DNA of 64,000 bases from Rhodothermales bacterium (GTDB lineage: Bacteria > Bacteroidota > Rhodothermia > Rhodothermales > UBA10348): NCBI GenBank assembly GCA_017643395.1, contig JAEPNP010000002.1, positions 38,290 to 102,289 on the forward strand, in the 5' to 3' direction. The notes beneath the pieces are model-generated. The model had not been told where the DNA came from, ran no database searches, and saw nothing but the letters and a program-made list of their open reading frames with translations. Positions 37,620 through 47,602 of this stretch are shown here, piece by piece; positions within the stretch are counted from its first letter, which is position 1, and each line of letters starts with the position of its first letter. The position numbers and the translations under genes are program-made.

Positions 37620-39431
37620 CTATGCAGCCAGCTCCTCGGCCTGACTCACCAGCGCATCGATTGCATCCAGACCACGACTCCAGAAACTGAGGTCGGTGAG
37701 GTCGATGCCCAGCTTGCCCACGAGGACGTGCGGCCAGTCCGAGCCTCCGTCCGAAAGCAGCGTGAGGTACTTCTCCGGAAATCCGGCGCCCTCCTCCTGG
37801 TACCGCGCATACAGCGCGAGGACCAGCAGTTCGCCGAACGCATAGGCGTACACATACCCGGGCGTGTGCAGGAAATGCGGGATGTAGGACCACCAGTAGC
37901 GGTAGTGGTCTCCCAGCGTCACGGCTCCGTCGAACATGGCCGTTTGCGTACCGATCCACGCCTCCGAGAGCCCATCGACCGAGAGTTCTCCCTGCTCACG
38001 GCGCGCTGTGTGTATGGCATCCTCGAACCGGTTCATCGCCACTTGCCGGAAGACGGTGGCGATGGAATCGTCGATCTTGGAGACCAGCATGGCAAGCCGG
38101 TTCTTCGGATCCGATTCGGCCGCCATGAGCCGCTGGAAGACCAGCATCTCCCCGAAGACTGATGCGGTCTCGGCTGTCGTCAGGGGGGTGTCAGCGTGGA
38201 AGACCCCCTGTTTTCGGCTCAGGTATTGGTGCACGCCGTGGCCCAGTTCATGGGCCAGCGTCTGCACGTCGCGGATTTTTCCGGTGTAGTTGACCAGCAC
38301 GTAGGGATGCGCACTCGGCACCGCGCCGTGACTGAAGGCGCCGCTTCGTTTGTTCGGGGCGAGCCGCGCATCGATCCAGCGCTTGTCGAAAAACTCGGAC
38401 GCAATGGCCCCCATGTCGGGGTGGAATTCGCCATAGGCGTCCAGCACGAGGGATCGGGCCTCGTCCCACGCGTAGCGCGTGTCCGCCTCGCCCACCGGCG
38501 CGTATCGGTCATAGTCCATCATCTCATCCAGGCCGAGCAGGCGGGCCTTGAGCCGATAAAACCGGCCGACGATGTCAAATCGGGACGTCACGGACTCAAT
38601 CAGACTGTCCACAACCTCATCCTGCACCTCGTTCGAGATATTCCTGCTCTTGAGCCAGTGCGGGTAGCCGCGAAGCCGGTCGTCGGAGGCCTTGTCGGCC
38701 AGGATGGTGTTGAAAATGAACGCCAGGGGGCGCGCATTCGTCTTCAGACCTTCGGTGAAGGAGAGCGCCGCCGCCCGCCGGGTGTCTCGTTCGGATGCGT
38801 AGAGCTTTGCCATCAACTCCTGCTGGGTCAGGCTATCCCCATCGAAGTCGAACCGCACTGCGCCCATCGTCTCGTCGAAGAACCGGTTCCAGGCACTGCG
38901 GCCGGTGACGGACTTCTCGACCAGAATCTTCTCCTCCGGCTCCGACAGCTGGTAGGGCTTGGTCAGCCGGAGCACCTCCAGATAGTGGCGATAGGCACCG
39001 AGCTGGTCATCGCCCAACAGGTAGCCGGCTTTCTCATCGTCCACCTCCGCCCATTCCAGGTCAAAGAATAGGATGCGCTTGGCGATACCCGTGTACGCCT
39101 CGCGGACCGCCTGGAGCTGGGCGCCCGTCTTCTCGTCGGCCGTGTCCGTGGACCAGGCAAGGTACGCGTAAGTGTAGGCCCGGCCGACCATGTCCTGGAT
39201 GGCCCCCAGGTCCGACATGGCAGCCGCCAGTGCCGCAGCGTCGAGTTCTGCGACCGTGCCACGGTACTGCTCCTCGAAATCACCGGCGAGCGTCGCGGCC
39301 TCCTTCACCGATGCCGTCAATGCATCCGAGTCGGCATAGAGATCCGTGAGATCCCAGGTGATGTCTTCGGCTCCGGTCGTCAGGTCCTGGCTCATCAGCG
39401 GCTGTAACTGTTTGTAGGCGGCTGCAACCAT
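37620..39431 (-). CDS. pepF: M3-family oligoendopeptidase F
   Basis: 603 aa with the HELGHGVHQYL zinc motif. Length and N-terminal pattern (WDLTDLY) are typical of PepF. Confidence 0.9.
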   Translation of the reverse strand: MVAAAYKQLQPLMSQDLTTGAEDITWDLTDLYADSDALTASVKEAATLAGDFEEQYRGTVAELDAAALAAAMSDLGAIQDMVGRAYTYAYLAWSTDTADEKTGAQLQAVREAYTGIAKRILFFDLEWAEVDDEKAGYLLGDDQLGAYRHYLEVLRLTKPYQLSEPEEKILVEKSVTGRSAWNRFFDETMGAVRFDFDGDSLTQQELMAKLYASERDTRRAAALSFTEGLKTNARPLAFIFNTILADKASDDRLRGYPHWLKSRNISNEVQDEVVDSLIESVTSRFDIVGRFYRLKARLLGLDEMMDYDRYAPVGEADTRYAWDEARSLVLDAYGEFHPDMGAIASEFFDKRWIDARLAPNKRSGAFSHGAVPSAHPYVLVNYTGKIRDVQTLAHELGHGVHQYLSRKQGVFHADTPLTTAETASVFGEMLVFQRLMAAESDPKNRLAMLVSKIDDSIATVFRQVAMNRFEDAIHTARREQGELSVDGLSEAWIGTQTAMFDGAVTLGDHYRYWWSYIPHFLHTPGYVYAYAFGELLVLALYARYQEEGAGFPEKYLTLLSDGGSDWPHVLVGKLGIDLTDLSFWSRGLDAIDALVSQAEELAA

Positions 39432-39497
39432 AGAGCTGGAGCCCGGGTCCAGCTTCAGTGGCCTCGGAGCGCCGATTTACGCACTTTTCTAGTCTGG

Positions 39498-39830
39498 ATG
39501 ATCACCAACATCGATAGCGACCACAGCCTGGACCAGGCCTTTCGGCAATCCGAGACGCAGCCCGTTCTGCTCTTCAAGCACAGCGCCTACTGCGGCGTGT
39601 CCTTCTTTGCCCGTCGCGAGATTGAAGAAGTGGCCGAGGCGGGGGACGTTTCCGTCTTTGAGGTCGTGGTGCAACGGGCCCGTCCGGTCAGCAACCGCAT
39701 CGCCCGGGATCTGGGGATCCGCCACGAGAGTCCGCAGGTTATCTTGGTGCGCGATCACGCGGCGATTTGGGATGCGTCCCATGGCCGTGTGCTCGCCGAA
39801 TCCATTCGAGAAGCCCTCAACCCGGCATGA
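39498..39830 (+). CDS. ytxJ: YtxJ-family (DUF2847) monothiol thioredoxin-like protein of the bacillithiol system
   Basis: 110 aa with PVLLFKHSAYCGVS (single-Cys motif) and ESPQVILVRD, typical of YtxJ. Its stop overlaps the next ATG (ATGA). Confidence 0.7.
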   Translation: MITNIDSDHSLDQAFRQSETQPVLLFKHSAYCGVSFFARREIEEVAEAGDVSVFEVVVQRARPVSNRIARDLGIRHESPQVILVRDHAAIWDASHGRVLAESIREALNPA

Positions 39831-40363
39831 GACTGCTCCCGGTCCTTTTGATTCTCCTGACGGCGTGCGGCCGGGGCGATGTGCCCCCAGGCGAGGCGAC
39901 CGAACTGCCCTACGAAGAGGAGGCACCAGTGGTGGCTTCCGAGCAGCTGCGCCCCGCACCGGAATTTGAGCGGCCCGCGCTGGACGGCACCACGTACCGG
40001 CTGGCCGACCGCAAGGGACAGGTGGTGATCGTCAACTTCTGGGCCACCTGGTGTGGCCCCTGCATCCGGGAGACGCCTGCCTTCGTGGACCTCGCGAATG
40101 AATGGCAGGATCGGCCCTTTGAGATTGTCGGTGTGTCCCTGGACGATGAGGGATTCGAAGTGATTCGCCCCTTTGTGGAACGCTATGAGGTGCCCTACCC
40201 CATGGTCCTGGACGATGGGGCCCTCGCCGACGAATTCGGCGGCGTCTATGCGATGCCGTCCTCGTTCATCCTGAACAAAGAAGGCCGGATCGTGCACCGC
40301 GTGGTCGGGGAGTTTCCGTTCGAGGAAATGCGCGACGAGCTGGAGGCGCTCCTGGACGCGTGA
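39827..40363 (+). CDS. TlpA/redoxin-family thiol:disulfide oxidoreductase lipoprotein
   Basis: The start was moved to MRLLPVLLILLTACG (lipobox LTAC). It has the WATWCGPC active site and a thioredoxin fold pattern. Confidence 0.9.
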   Translation: MRLLPVLLILLTACGRGDVPPGEATELPYEEEAPVVASEQLRPAPEFERPALDGTTYRLADRKGQVVIVNFWATWCGPCIRETPAFVDLANEWQDRPFEIVGVSLDDEGFEVIRPFVERYEVPYPMVLDDGALADEFGGVYAMPSSFILNKEGRIVHRVVGEFPFEEMRDELEALLDA

Positions 40364-40530
40364 GGGCTGCTTTTTGTGGGGAGGTGCTGGCCTCGGGCAC
40401 GGCTCGAGCGCGGGCTTGCTCGGCGCTGGGCGCCGGCGCGCGAGCAGTCGCGCTGGGCGCTGGGCGCGGCGCACCGGAGACGCCGGAGCCGCACCAGGGT
40501 CGCCGGCGCGGGGCGCTGAGCGCGGCGCAC

Positions 40531-40860
40531 ATGTAAAGCTGCCGTCGGATTACACGTTCGGGGGCCGCTGAACCGGCGGAAGGTGTAATACGCGCCTTGA
40601 GTCCACGTTGGGCGCCGACGTGCCGGCCGGAAGGTGTAAAACCACGCCCTGAGTCCACGTTTGTGGTCGGCCGAACGATATCGCCCGGAGTGCGCCCTGC
40701 CGGTAGGCCCAGCGGCCGGAAGTGTAAAACCCCACCCTGAGTCCACGACTGCGCCCATCCGAGGCGCCCCAAGGTGTAAAACCGCACCCTGACTCCACGT
40801 CTGCGGCCGCTCGAACCGCCCCAAGGTGTAAAACCGCACCCTGAGTCCACGTTTGACGCC
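40531..40860. repeat. Array of 5 good copies plus 1 degenerate copy of a 28-nt motif GGTGTAAAACCGCACCCTGAGTCCACGT
   Basis: Copies of GGTGTAA... (one GTGTAA) start at 40582, 40633, 40722, 40773 and 40825, giving spacings of 51, 89, 51 and 52 bp. A degenerate copy CATGTAAAGCTGCC...TTACACGT lies near 40533. All copies are in the same orientation, in the convergent intergenic region between the redoxin gene and the M16 peptidase gene. Confidence 0.85.
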
Positions 40861-40937
40861 GGTCCAGCGGCCCGCGACGGCCGCAAAACGCCCCGGCGGC
40901 GGCGCAAACGCCCCAGCGCGCCCCCAGCCGCCGCGCC

Positions 40938-42221
40938 CTACCCCGCCAAGGGCACGAATCGACCGCGGGTCATGCGCATGCGCACCAGGTACTGCGCCGC
41001 CACCCGCTGCACATCGGCCGCCGTCACCGCCTCCATGCGGGCCAGATGGTCCGGATACAGCGTCCAGTCCCCAGCCGCGATTGCTTCGTTGAGTTGGGCT
41101 GCGACCGCGAAGGGCCCGTCCCGCAGGTAGGCCTCCTGAGCGCGCACGTTGCTCATCGCCCGAGAAATCTCCGATTCCTCGACACCGGACTCGGCGACGC
41201 TCGCCAGCACGTCGAGAATGGTATCCTCCACCTCCTCGTGGGTCTTGCCGGGAGCAAGCATGCCGAGCACGTAAAACAGGCCGGGGTCCCTGAAGCGGCT
41301 GGAACCGGCGGAAATGCTGGTCACCGTGCCCGTATCGACGAGACTCCGGTATAGCCGGCTGCCCTTGCCCCGGGAGAGAATCGCCCCCAGCATTGAGAGC
41401 GCATCCGCGTCCGTCGTCGTGCCGGGCGGGCTCTTGAAGGCAAGCATCGTCGCCCCCAACTCTCCGCGCATGCGCACCTCCACCGAGCGCTCGCCTACCT
41501 GCTCCGGCTCCCGGGTGGCGATCTGACTCATCGGCTCGGGGGCCTTGTTGATCCCTCCAAAATGCCGATGCACGCCCTCCAGCGCGGCCTCCACTGAAGT
41601 GTCGCCGATGACGGACACTGTCGCGTTGTCTGGCCAGTAGTACGTGTTGTAGAACCCCCGCAGTCCATCCGGCGAAACGGTTTCCACGTCGTGCCGCCAG
41701 CCGATGGTAGGATGGTGGTACGGATGCGCCACATAGGCGACACTCCAGACGGTCTGGTAGAGCTTGCGGATCGGCTCGTTCTCGCCTCGATCCAGTTCGT
41801 TGAGGATCACCGTTCGCTCGCTCTCGATGTCCGCTTCGTCCAGAAGCGCACCGCGCATGCGATCCGCCTCCACCTGCATGGCAAGATCCAGCCGGTCGCT
41901 CGGCAGCACCTCGTAGTAGTTTGTGCGGTCGTTCCAGGTCGTGGCGTTGACCTGCGCTCCGACGCGCTGCAGGGTCTGAAAAATCGTCGTGCCGAGCTCC
42001 TTGTTGAACCGGCTGCTGCCCTTGAACATCAGGTGCTCCAGGTAGTGGGTAGCGCCAGTCAGTCCAGCAGACTCGTTCCGGGAGCCCACGCGGTAGGTCA
42101 CCATGAACGCCGCGACGGGTGCGGTGTGGTCGGGAAGCACCAGAACTTCAAGGCCGTTGCCCCGGTGCTTCCACGCAGTTATGCCGGCCTTTTCGCCGGT
42201 CTTGTCGAACATCTCGTGCAT
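40938..42221 (-). CDS. M16-family (pitrilysin-type) zinc peptidase
   Basis: The HxxEH motif is in GATHYLEHLMFKGS. The start was trimmed to MHEMFDK (42221) so that it does not overlap polA, whose stop is at 42223. Confidence 0.85.
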   Translation of the reverse strand: MHEMFDKTGEKAGITAWKHRGNGLEVLVLPDHTAPVAAFMVTYRVGSRNESAGLTGATHYLEHLMFKGSSRFNKELGTTIFQTLQRVGAQVNATTWNDRTNYYEVLPSDRLDLAMQVEADRMRGALLDEADIESERTVILNELDRGENEPIRKLYQTVWSVAYVAHPYHHPTIGWRHDVETVSPDGLRGFYNTYYWPDNATVSVIGDTSVEAALEGVHRHFGGINKAPEPMSQIATREPEQVGERSVEVRMRGELGATMLAFKSPPGTTTDADALSMLGAILSRGKGSRLYRSLVDTGTVTSISAGSSRFRDPGLFYVLGMLAPGKTHEEVEDTILDVLASVAESGVEESEISRAMSNVRAQEAYLRDGPFAVAAQLNEAIAAGDWTLYPDHLARMEAVTAADVQRVAAQYLVRMRMTRGRFVPLAG

Positions 42222-42222
42222 G

Positions 42223-44988
42223 TCAGTGGGCGTCCAGCCAGTTGTCTCCCGTGTCCATGCCCACTTCCACGGGCACCTTGAGCGGCAAGGCCTGCTCCAT
42301 CTCATTGCGAACCAGCGCTTTCACCGTGCCCACCTCGGCCGGCGGTACCTCAAGCACCAGTTCGTCGTGGACCTGCAGTAGCATGCGGGTCTTCAGCCCT
42401 TCCTCCCGCAGGCGCCGGTCCACGGCGATCATGGCAATCTTGATCATGTCCGCCTGAGAGCCCTGAATGGGCATATTCACTGCGACACGTTCTGCGGCCG
42501 ATCGCACCACGCGGTTGCGGGCGTGCACGTTGGGCACGTAGCGGCGCCGTCCCAGCATGGTCTCCGAATACCCGGTCTCGCGGGCGCGCTCCACCTGCTC
42601 GGTCAGGAACCGGCTCACGCCCGGAAAGCTCTTGAAGTAGCCGTCGATCAGTTCCTGCGCCTCCGTGCGTGAACAACGCAATCGCTGGGCCAGCCCGAAG
42701 GCCGACACCCCGTACGGGATGCCGTAGTTGACCTCCTTCGCCTTGCGCCGCTGGTCGGGGTCAATGTCTCCGGGATCGCACCCGAATACCCGCGCCGCCG
42801 TGGCAGTGTGAATGTCCTCCCCGTCCCGGAATGCCTGCTGCAGGGCCTCATCGCCCGACAGCGACGCAAGAATGCGGAGCTCGATCTGTGCGTAGTCGGC
42901 ACTCAGCAGTGTCCATCCCTCCTCGGGCACAAACGCCTTCCGGATCTCGCGCCCGCGCGCGGTACGCACCGGAATGTTTTGCAGGTTGGGGTCCGCGCTC
43001 GAAAGCCGCCCGGTGGCCGCCACCGTCTGATTGAAACTGGTATGTATGCGTCCGGTCTCGGGGTGCACCAGCGCACCCAGGGTGTCAACGTAGGTCGACT
43101 TCAGCTTGGACAGCTCGCGCCAGTCCAGGATCAGAGCCGGCAACTCATGCTCGAGCGCCAGGGTCTGCAACACGTTTTCCCGGGTGGACGGCTTGCCGGT
43201 CGAGGTCTTTCCGACTACCGGCAGATTCAGCTTCTCGAATAGTATCTCGCCAAGCTGCTGCGTGGAGCCGATGTTGAAAGACTGGCCCGCCGCCTCATAG
43301 ATGGCGGTCTCCAGCGCAGCGATGTCCTCGCCCAGGCCCTCCGAGATCTGATCCAGGACCGAGGTATCCAGCCGAATGCCCGTGCGCTCCATGCGAGCCA
43401 GCACCCGCATGAGGGGAAATTCGATCTTCTGGGCGATGTCGTTGAGGCCGTCCTCGCCAAGCAGCCCGTCCAGATGATCGGCCAGCCGCAGCGCGAAGTC
43501 CGCATCCTCGCAGGCATAGGGCGCCACCTTCTCCGAGGGCACATCCCGCATGCTGATCTGCGTCTTTCCCGACCCGATCAGGGTGGAAATAGGCATCATG
43601 CGATACGAGAAGTATCGAAGGGCAAGTGCATCCAGCCCATGCGATTCCTCGGGGGCCACGAGGTAATGTGCCACCATCGTATCGAAGAGGTCGCCACCAA
43701 GCGTGACTCCATGCCTGGCAAACACGATCTCGTCATACTTCAGGTTGTGGCCCACCATGGGCGTATCGCTCTCCAGCAGCGGCCGCATGCGATCCAACAC
43801 CACAGAAGTGGCGGTGTCGTCCGGCAGCGGGGTCGGCACATAGGCGGCCTGCCCCTCTCCCCAGGACAGGGAGATGCCCACAAGCGAAGCAAGCATGGGA
43901 TCGCGCGATGTGGTCTCCGTATCCACAGCCAATCGCGCCACGCCCTGCAACTCCGAAACCAGCTCGTCCAGCTGATTCAGATTCCTGACGAGACGGTAGG
44001 ACACCGCGTCCGCGTCAAAGCTCTCCTCGCCTCCCCCCGACTCCGCCGAGAACAGGTCACTCTGCATGCCTGGTCCCGCCGGCGCCACTACATGACTTCC
44101 GCGTCCGAGCATGCGCAGCGTGCGGTCCGTCAGCGTGGTGAACTCAAGGTCGGCGAACAGCTGCTTGATGCGCTGCAGGTCCGCATCCGCGCGCTTGAAA
44201 TCTTTCCAGTCGACCGTGACCGGCACATCGGTGAGGATCGTGACCAGCTTCTTCGACAGCAGAGCATCATCGCGATGCTGCTGCAGGCCCTCCCGGGCAC
44301 GCTTTCCCGACACGTCGTCCGCGTGCTCGAGCAGCGACTCTACCGTGCCGTACTCCTTGACCAGCTTGACGGCGGTCTTCTCTCCGATTCCGGGCACCCC
44401 GGGCACATTGTCGCTGGCGTCTCCCATGAGCGCCAGCACATCGATGAACTGAATCGGCTCCAGCTCAAACTTCTCCCGAAAGCTCGTCTCCGTGATGGGA
44501 TCGAACGCGTCCCCCCGATAGGCGGGCCTGAACATCGAAATGCGGTCCGACAGCAGCTGCTGGAAGTCCTTGTCGGCCGATACGATGACCACTTTCTCCC
44601 CATCGGCCTCGGCCTTGCGCGCCAGCGTGCCTATGACATCGTCCGCCTCGACGCCCTCCTCCTCGACCACCGGAATGTCCATCGCCCGCATGACCTCCTT
44701 GATGGAAGCCAGATTGCCCACAATCTCGTCCGGGATCGGGTCTCGGTGCGCCTTGTAATCCGCATAGATCTCGTCGCGGAACGTGCCACCCTCACCCACC
44801 AGGTCAAACACCACGGCTACATGATCCAGCCCATGATCTTCGATGAGCTTCAGCATGGTGTTGACGAACCCGTACGTGGCGGACGTATTGCGCCCCTTCG
44901 AGTTGATCAACGGCCGATTGATGAAGGCAAAATGCGCGCGGTACGCCAGCGCCAGCGCATCGAGCAGATAAAGCGTGCGGGTAGCCAA
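42223..44988 (-). CDS. polA: DNA polymerase I
   Basis: 921 aa with a 5-prime nuclease N-terminus (LYLLDALALAYRAHFA), a 3-prime-5-prime exonuclease region and polymerase motifs (RRKAKEVNYGIPYG, LLQVHDELVLE). Confidence 0.95.
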   Translation of the reverse strand: MATRTLYLLDALALAYRAHFAFINRPLINSKGRNTSATYGFVNTMLKLIEDHGLDHVAVVFDLVGEGGTFRDEIYADYKAHRDPIPDEIVGNLASIKEVMRAMDIPVVEEEGVEADDVIGTLARKAEADGEKVVIVSADKDFQQLLSDRISMFRPAYRGDAFDPITETSFREKFELEPIQFIDVLALMGDASDNVPGVPGIGEKTAVKLVKEYGTVESLLEHADDVSGKRAREGLQQHRDDALLSKKLVTILTDVPVTVDWKDFKRADADLQRIKQLFADLEFTTLTDRTLRMLGRGSHVVAPAGPGMQSDLFSAESGGGEESFDADAVSYRLVRNLNQLDELVSELQGVARLAVDTETTSRDPMLASLVGISLSWGEGQAAYVPTPLPDDTATSVVLDRMRPLLESDTPMVGHNLKYDEIVFARHGVTLGGDLFDTMVAHYLVAPEESHGLDALALRYFSYRMMPISTLIGSGKTQISMRDVPSEKVAPYACEDADFALRLADHLDGLLGEDGLNDIAQKIEFPLMRVLARMERTGIRLDTSVLDQISEGLGEDIAALETAIYEAAGQSFNIGSTQQLGEILFEKLNLPVVGKTSTGKPSTRENVLQTLALEHELPALILDWRELSKLKSTYVDTLGALVHPETGRIHTSFNQTVAATGRLSSADPNLQNIPVRTARGREIRKAFVPEEGWTLLSADYAQIELRILASLSGDEALQQAFRDGEDIHTATAARVFGCDPGDIDPDQRRKAKEVNYGIPYGVSAFGLAQRLRCSRTEAQELIDGYFKSFPGVSRFLTEQVERARETGYSETMLGRRRYVPNVHARNRVVRSAAERVAVNMPIQGSQADMIKIAMIAVDRRLREEGLKTRMLLQVHDELVLEVPPAEVGTVKALVRNEMEQALPLKVPVEVGMDTGDNWLDAH

Positions 44989-45057
44989 TTCGGGCGATGG
45001 GCAGTGGGTGGGGCCGCAAAGTAGCGACTCCCCTCCGCCGTCACCCTGTCACACGAC

Positions 45058-45642
45058 TCAGTTCGAACAGTTTTCGGACTGCCAGCGCTGGAAGGTCTCG
45101 AGGTCTCCGCCCTGATCCAGCAGGAATGCGTGGATCTGGGAGTCAGACTTGGCCGTGACCAGCAGCTGCTCGATGACGGGCGCCTGGGCGCAGGGCTCGG
45201 GACCGGCCTGCTGCATCAGTTTCCAGGCCGCGGCACGACTGCCACCGTTGGCACGCCGAACGAGTTCGGCCTGCTCCGGAGCGCCGGTGAGCTCCCAGTA
45301 GCGAATACTGCCTACAAAATCCCCGGCTTTCTCCGCCAGACGGTAGAACTCGCGAGCGCTGAAGGGATCGGGCTCGCCGAGGCCGCGCGCCAGATGCTCC
45401 AGAAAAGACTCCGGATAGATGGCAGACGGATTCGTGTGGTACCAGCCGGCAATCGTCAGGGACCTCCCGTCGCCCTTGTCAATGCCCTCCAGGACCTGCT
45501 GGGCCAGGAGGTAGCCCTCGACCTCTTCCACCACGGGGCTGGCCACTTCTGCCGCGGATGCTACCAGTGTGGCCGAGTTTTCGGAATCGGATGCGACCCA
45601 GCTCAGTGCTCCGACGAGCAGGGTCATGAGAAACGCACGCAT
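45058..45642 (-). CDS. Hypothetical secreted protein
   Basis: ORF 45058..45684. The start was placed at MRAFLMTLLVGALSWVAS (signal-like). No family was recognised. Confidence 0.5.
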   Translation of the reverse strand: MRAFLMTLLVGALSWVASDSENSATLVASAAEVASPVVEEVEGYLLAQQVLEGIDKGDGRSLTIAGWYHTNPSAIYPESFLEHLARGLGEPDPFSAREFYRLAEKAGDFVGSIRYWELTGAPEQAELVRRANGGSRAAAWKLMQQAGPEPCAQAPVIEQLLVTAKSDSQIHAFLLDQGGDLETFQRWQSENCSN

Positions 45643-45692
45643 GGAATAAGGGGGTTGCCAGAGTTTGGGTATCGGCCGTACCACGCGATTTC

Positions 45693-46874
45693 TTGAACAC
45701 CGGACGGACCTGCATTCTTGAGGCGGCCGCCGGAACCGCCCCGCTTTCGGCTCCTACAACGCGCCCCGAAGCAACCTCCAGCCGCTTGAACCGACCGGAA
45801 GTCCATCGCCCGAACACCGTGCTCGTCACCGGCGGCGCGGGATTCATTGGCAGCAACTATCTGAGGCAGGCCTGTGCCAGGCACCCCGATGTGCGCTGGG
45901 TCAACCTGGATGCCGTCACCTATGCCGGACGGCCCGAGAACCTCGCAGACCTGGGTGACAACTACCGCTTTGTGCACGGCGATATCGCCGATCTGGAACT
46001 CGTTCGGGCCCTGTTCCGGGAGCACGAGTTTGATACCGTGCTCCACTTCGCCGCCGAAAGCCATGTGGACCGCTCGATTCTGGACCCGCTGGCATTTGTG
46101 CGCACCAACGTCACGGGCACAGCCACGCTGCTCGACACGGCCCGCCGGGCGTGGGAAGGGCGCTCAGACGTGCGCTTCCACCACATTTCGACCGATGAGG
46201 TCTTCGGCTCGTTGGGCCCCGAGGGGCTTTTCACCGAGGACACCAACTACGCGCCTCGCTCCCCCTACTCAGCGTCCAAGGCGGGCGCGGATCACCTTGT
46301 GCGCGCGTGGTTTGAGACCTACGACCTGCCCATCGTCATTTCGAACGCGTCAAACAACTACGGGCCGTTCCAGTATCCGGAGAAGCTGATCCCGGTGGTG
46401 ATTCAGAACGCTGTGGATCTGAAGCCCGTGCCGATCTATGGCAAGGGCGACAACGTGCGCGACTGGCTGCACGTGCTGGACCACTGTGACGCCATCGACC
46501 GGATCCTGCGCTGTGCAGCGCCCGGGAGCACCTACCTGGTCGGGGGCGATGAGGAGCGCAGCAACCTGGAGCTCGTGACGCTCCTCCTGGACCTGGTGGA
46601 TGCTGAACTCGACCGCCCCGAGGGCACGGGACGCGAACTGATCACCTTCGTCACCGACCGTCCGGGCCACGATTTCCGGTATGCGCTGGACGGATCACGC
46701 CTGGCGCGGGACCTCGGCTGGAGGCCGTCAAGAGATCTCAAGACCGGGCTGCGCGAGACCGTGCGCTGGTATCTCGAGAACCAGGACTGGATGGACAGCG
46801 TGCGCAACCGCGACTACGACGCCTATTACCGCGAGCAGTACGGCGAGCGGCTCAAGACTTCCTCGAACGCATGA
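45693..46874 (+). CDS. rfbB: dTDP-glucose 4,6-dehydratase (true start probably downstream, e.g. TTG 45786 or GTG 45819)
   Basis: VLVTGGAGFIGSNY is the Rossmann motif, and SPYSASKAGADHL carries the YxxxK catalytic motif. The protein has the full RmlB-like length. The first 40 aa or so of the track ORF look non-native. Confidence 0.9.
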   Translation: MNTGRTCILEAAAGTAPLSAPTTRPEATSSRLNRPEVHRPNTVLVTGGAGFIGSNYLRQACARHPDVRWVNLDAVTYAGRPENLADLGDNYRFVHGDIADLELVRALFREHEFDTVLHFAAESHVDRSILDPLAFVRTNVTGTATLLDTARRAWEGRSDVRFHHISTDEVFGSLGPEGLFTEDTNYAPRSPYSASKAGADHLVRAWFETYDLPIVISNASNNYGPFQYPEKLIPVVIQNAVDLKPVPIYGKGDNVRDWLHVLDHCDAIDRILRCAAPGSTYLVGGDEERSNLELVTLLLDLVDAELDRPEGTGRELITFVTDRPGHDFRYALDGSRLARDLGWRPSRDLKTGLRETVRWYLENQDWMDSVRNRDYDAYYREQYGERLKTSSNA

Positions 46875-47602
46875 AAGGTGTGGTTCTGGCTGGCGGCACG
46901 GGAAGCCGCCTGTTTCCGCTCACCAAGGTGACCAACAAGCACCTTCTGCCGGTGGGCCTGTACCCCATGATCTACCACCCGCTGATGCGACTTCGGCGGG
47001 CGGGGGTCACGCAGATTGCCGTGGTGACCAGCCCGGAGCACATGGGCGATGTGGTGAACCTGCTCGGGTCCGGCAGGGAGCTCGGCCTGGACCTCACGTT
47101 TCGGGTTCAGGACGAGCCAGGCGGCATTGCCCAGGCCATGGCGCTGTGCGAGAATTTTGTCGGAGGAGGGCCGCTGGTGGTCTTCCTCGGCGACAACGTG
47201 CTCGAAGACGACATCACGGACGATGTGGCTGCCTTCGAGGCCCAGGGCGGCGGCGCGCGCGTGCTCCTGAAGGAGGTGCATGACCCCGAGCGGTATGGCG
47301 TGCCGCGCATTGAGAGCGGACGCATTGTCGAGGTGATCGAAAAACCGAGCGATCCACCTTCCCACTACTCCGTCACCGGCATTTACATGTACGATTCGGA
47401 GGTCTTCGACGTCATTCGGGGACTGCATCCCAGCCGCCGCGGCGAATATGAGGTGTCGGATGTGACGAACCACTACGCCTCCGCGGGCACCCTGACCCAC
47501 GGCGTGCTACGGGGCTGGTGGGGGGATGCGGGTACCCTCGAGGGATGGCATGAGGCCAACCGTCTGGCGGACGGTCTGACCTACCCCGAGCTCGACGCAT
47601 GA
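46871..47602 (+). CDS. rfbA: Glucose-1-phosphate thymidylyltransferase-like sugar nucleotidyltransferase (short form)
   Basis: MKGVVLAGGTGSRLFPLTKVTNKHLLPV carries the G-G-x-G-x-R-L signature. There is a 4-nt overlap with rfbB. Confidence 0.8.
   Translation: MKGVVLAGGTGSRLFPLTKVTNKHLLPVGLYPMIYHPLMRLRRAGVTQIAVVTSPEHMGDVVNLLGSGRELGLDLTFRVQDEPGGIAQAMALCENFVGGGPLVVFLGDNVLEDDITDDVAAFEAQGGGARVLLKEVHDPERYGVPRIESGRIVEVIEKPSDPPSHYSVTGIYMYDSEVFDVIRGLHPSRRGEYEVSDVTNHYASAGTLTHGVLRGWWGDAGTLEGWHEANRLADGLTYPELDA

Noticed and set aside
40531-40860. Replication origin with DnaA boxes (GTCCAC resembles the high-G+C DnaA box TTGTCCACA)
   Set aside because: Only the hexamer core matches. All copies are in one orientation, no AT-rich unwinding element is present, no dnaA or dnaN is nearby, and the flanking genes converge on the site where origins usually show divergent leading-strand genes. 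A terminus-related role cannot be tested without whole-genome GC skew.
43474-45024. 516-aa + strand ORF
   Set aside because: It is antisense to polA and is a shadow ORF. The same reasoning applies to 33818..34966 (antisense to the M24 peptidase), 15281..16243 (antisense to DUF4835), 20476..21606 (antisense to the M56 gene) and 55667..56761 (antisense to the acylase).
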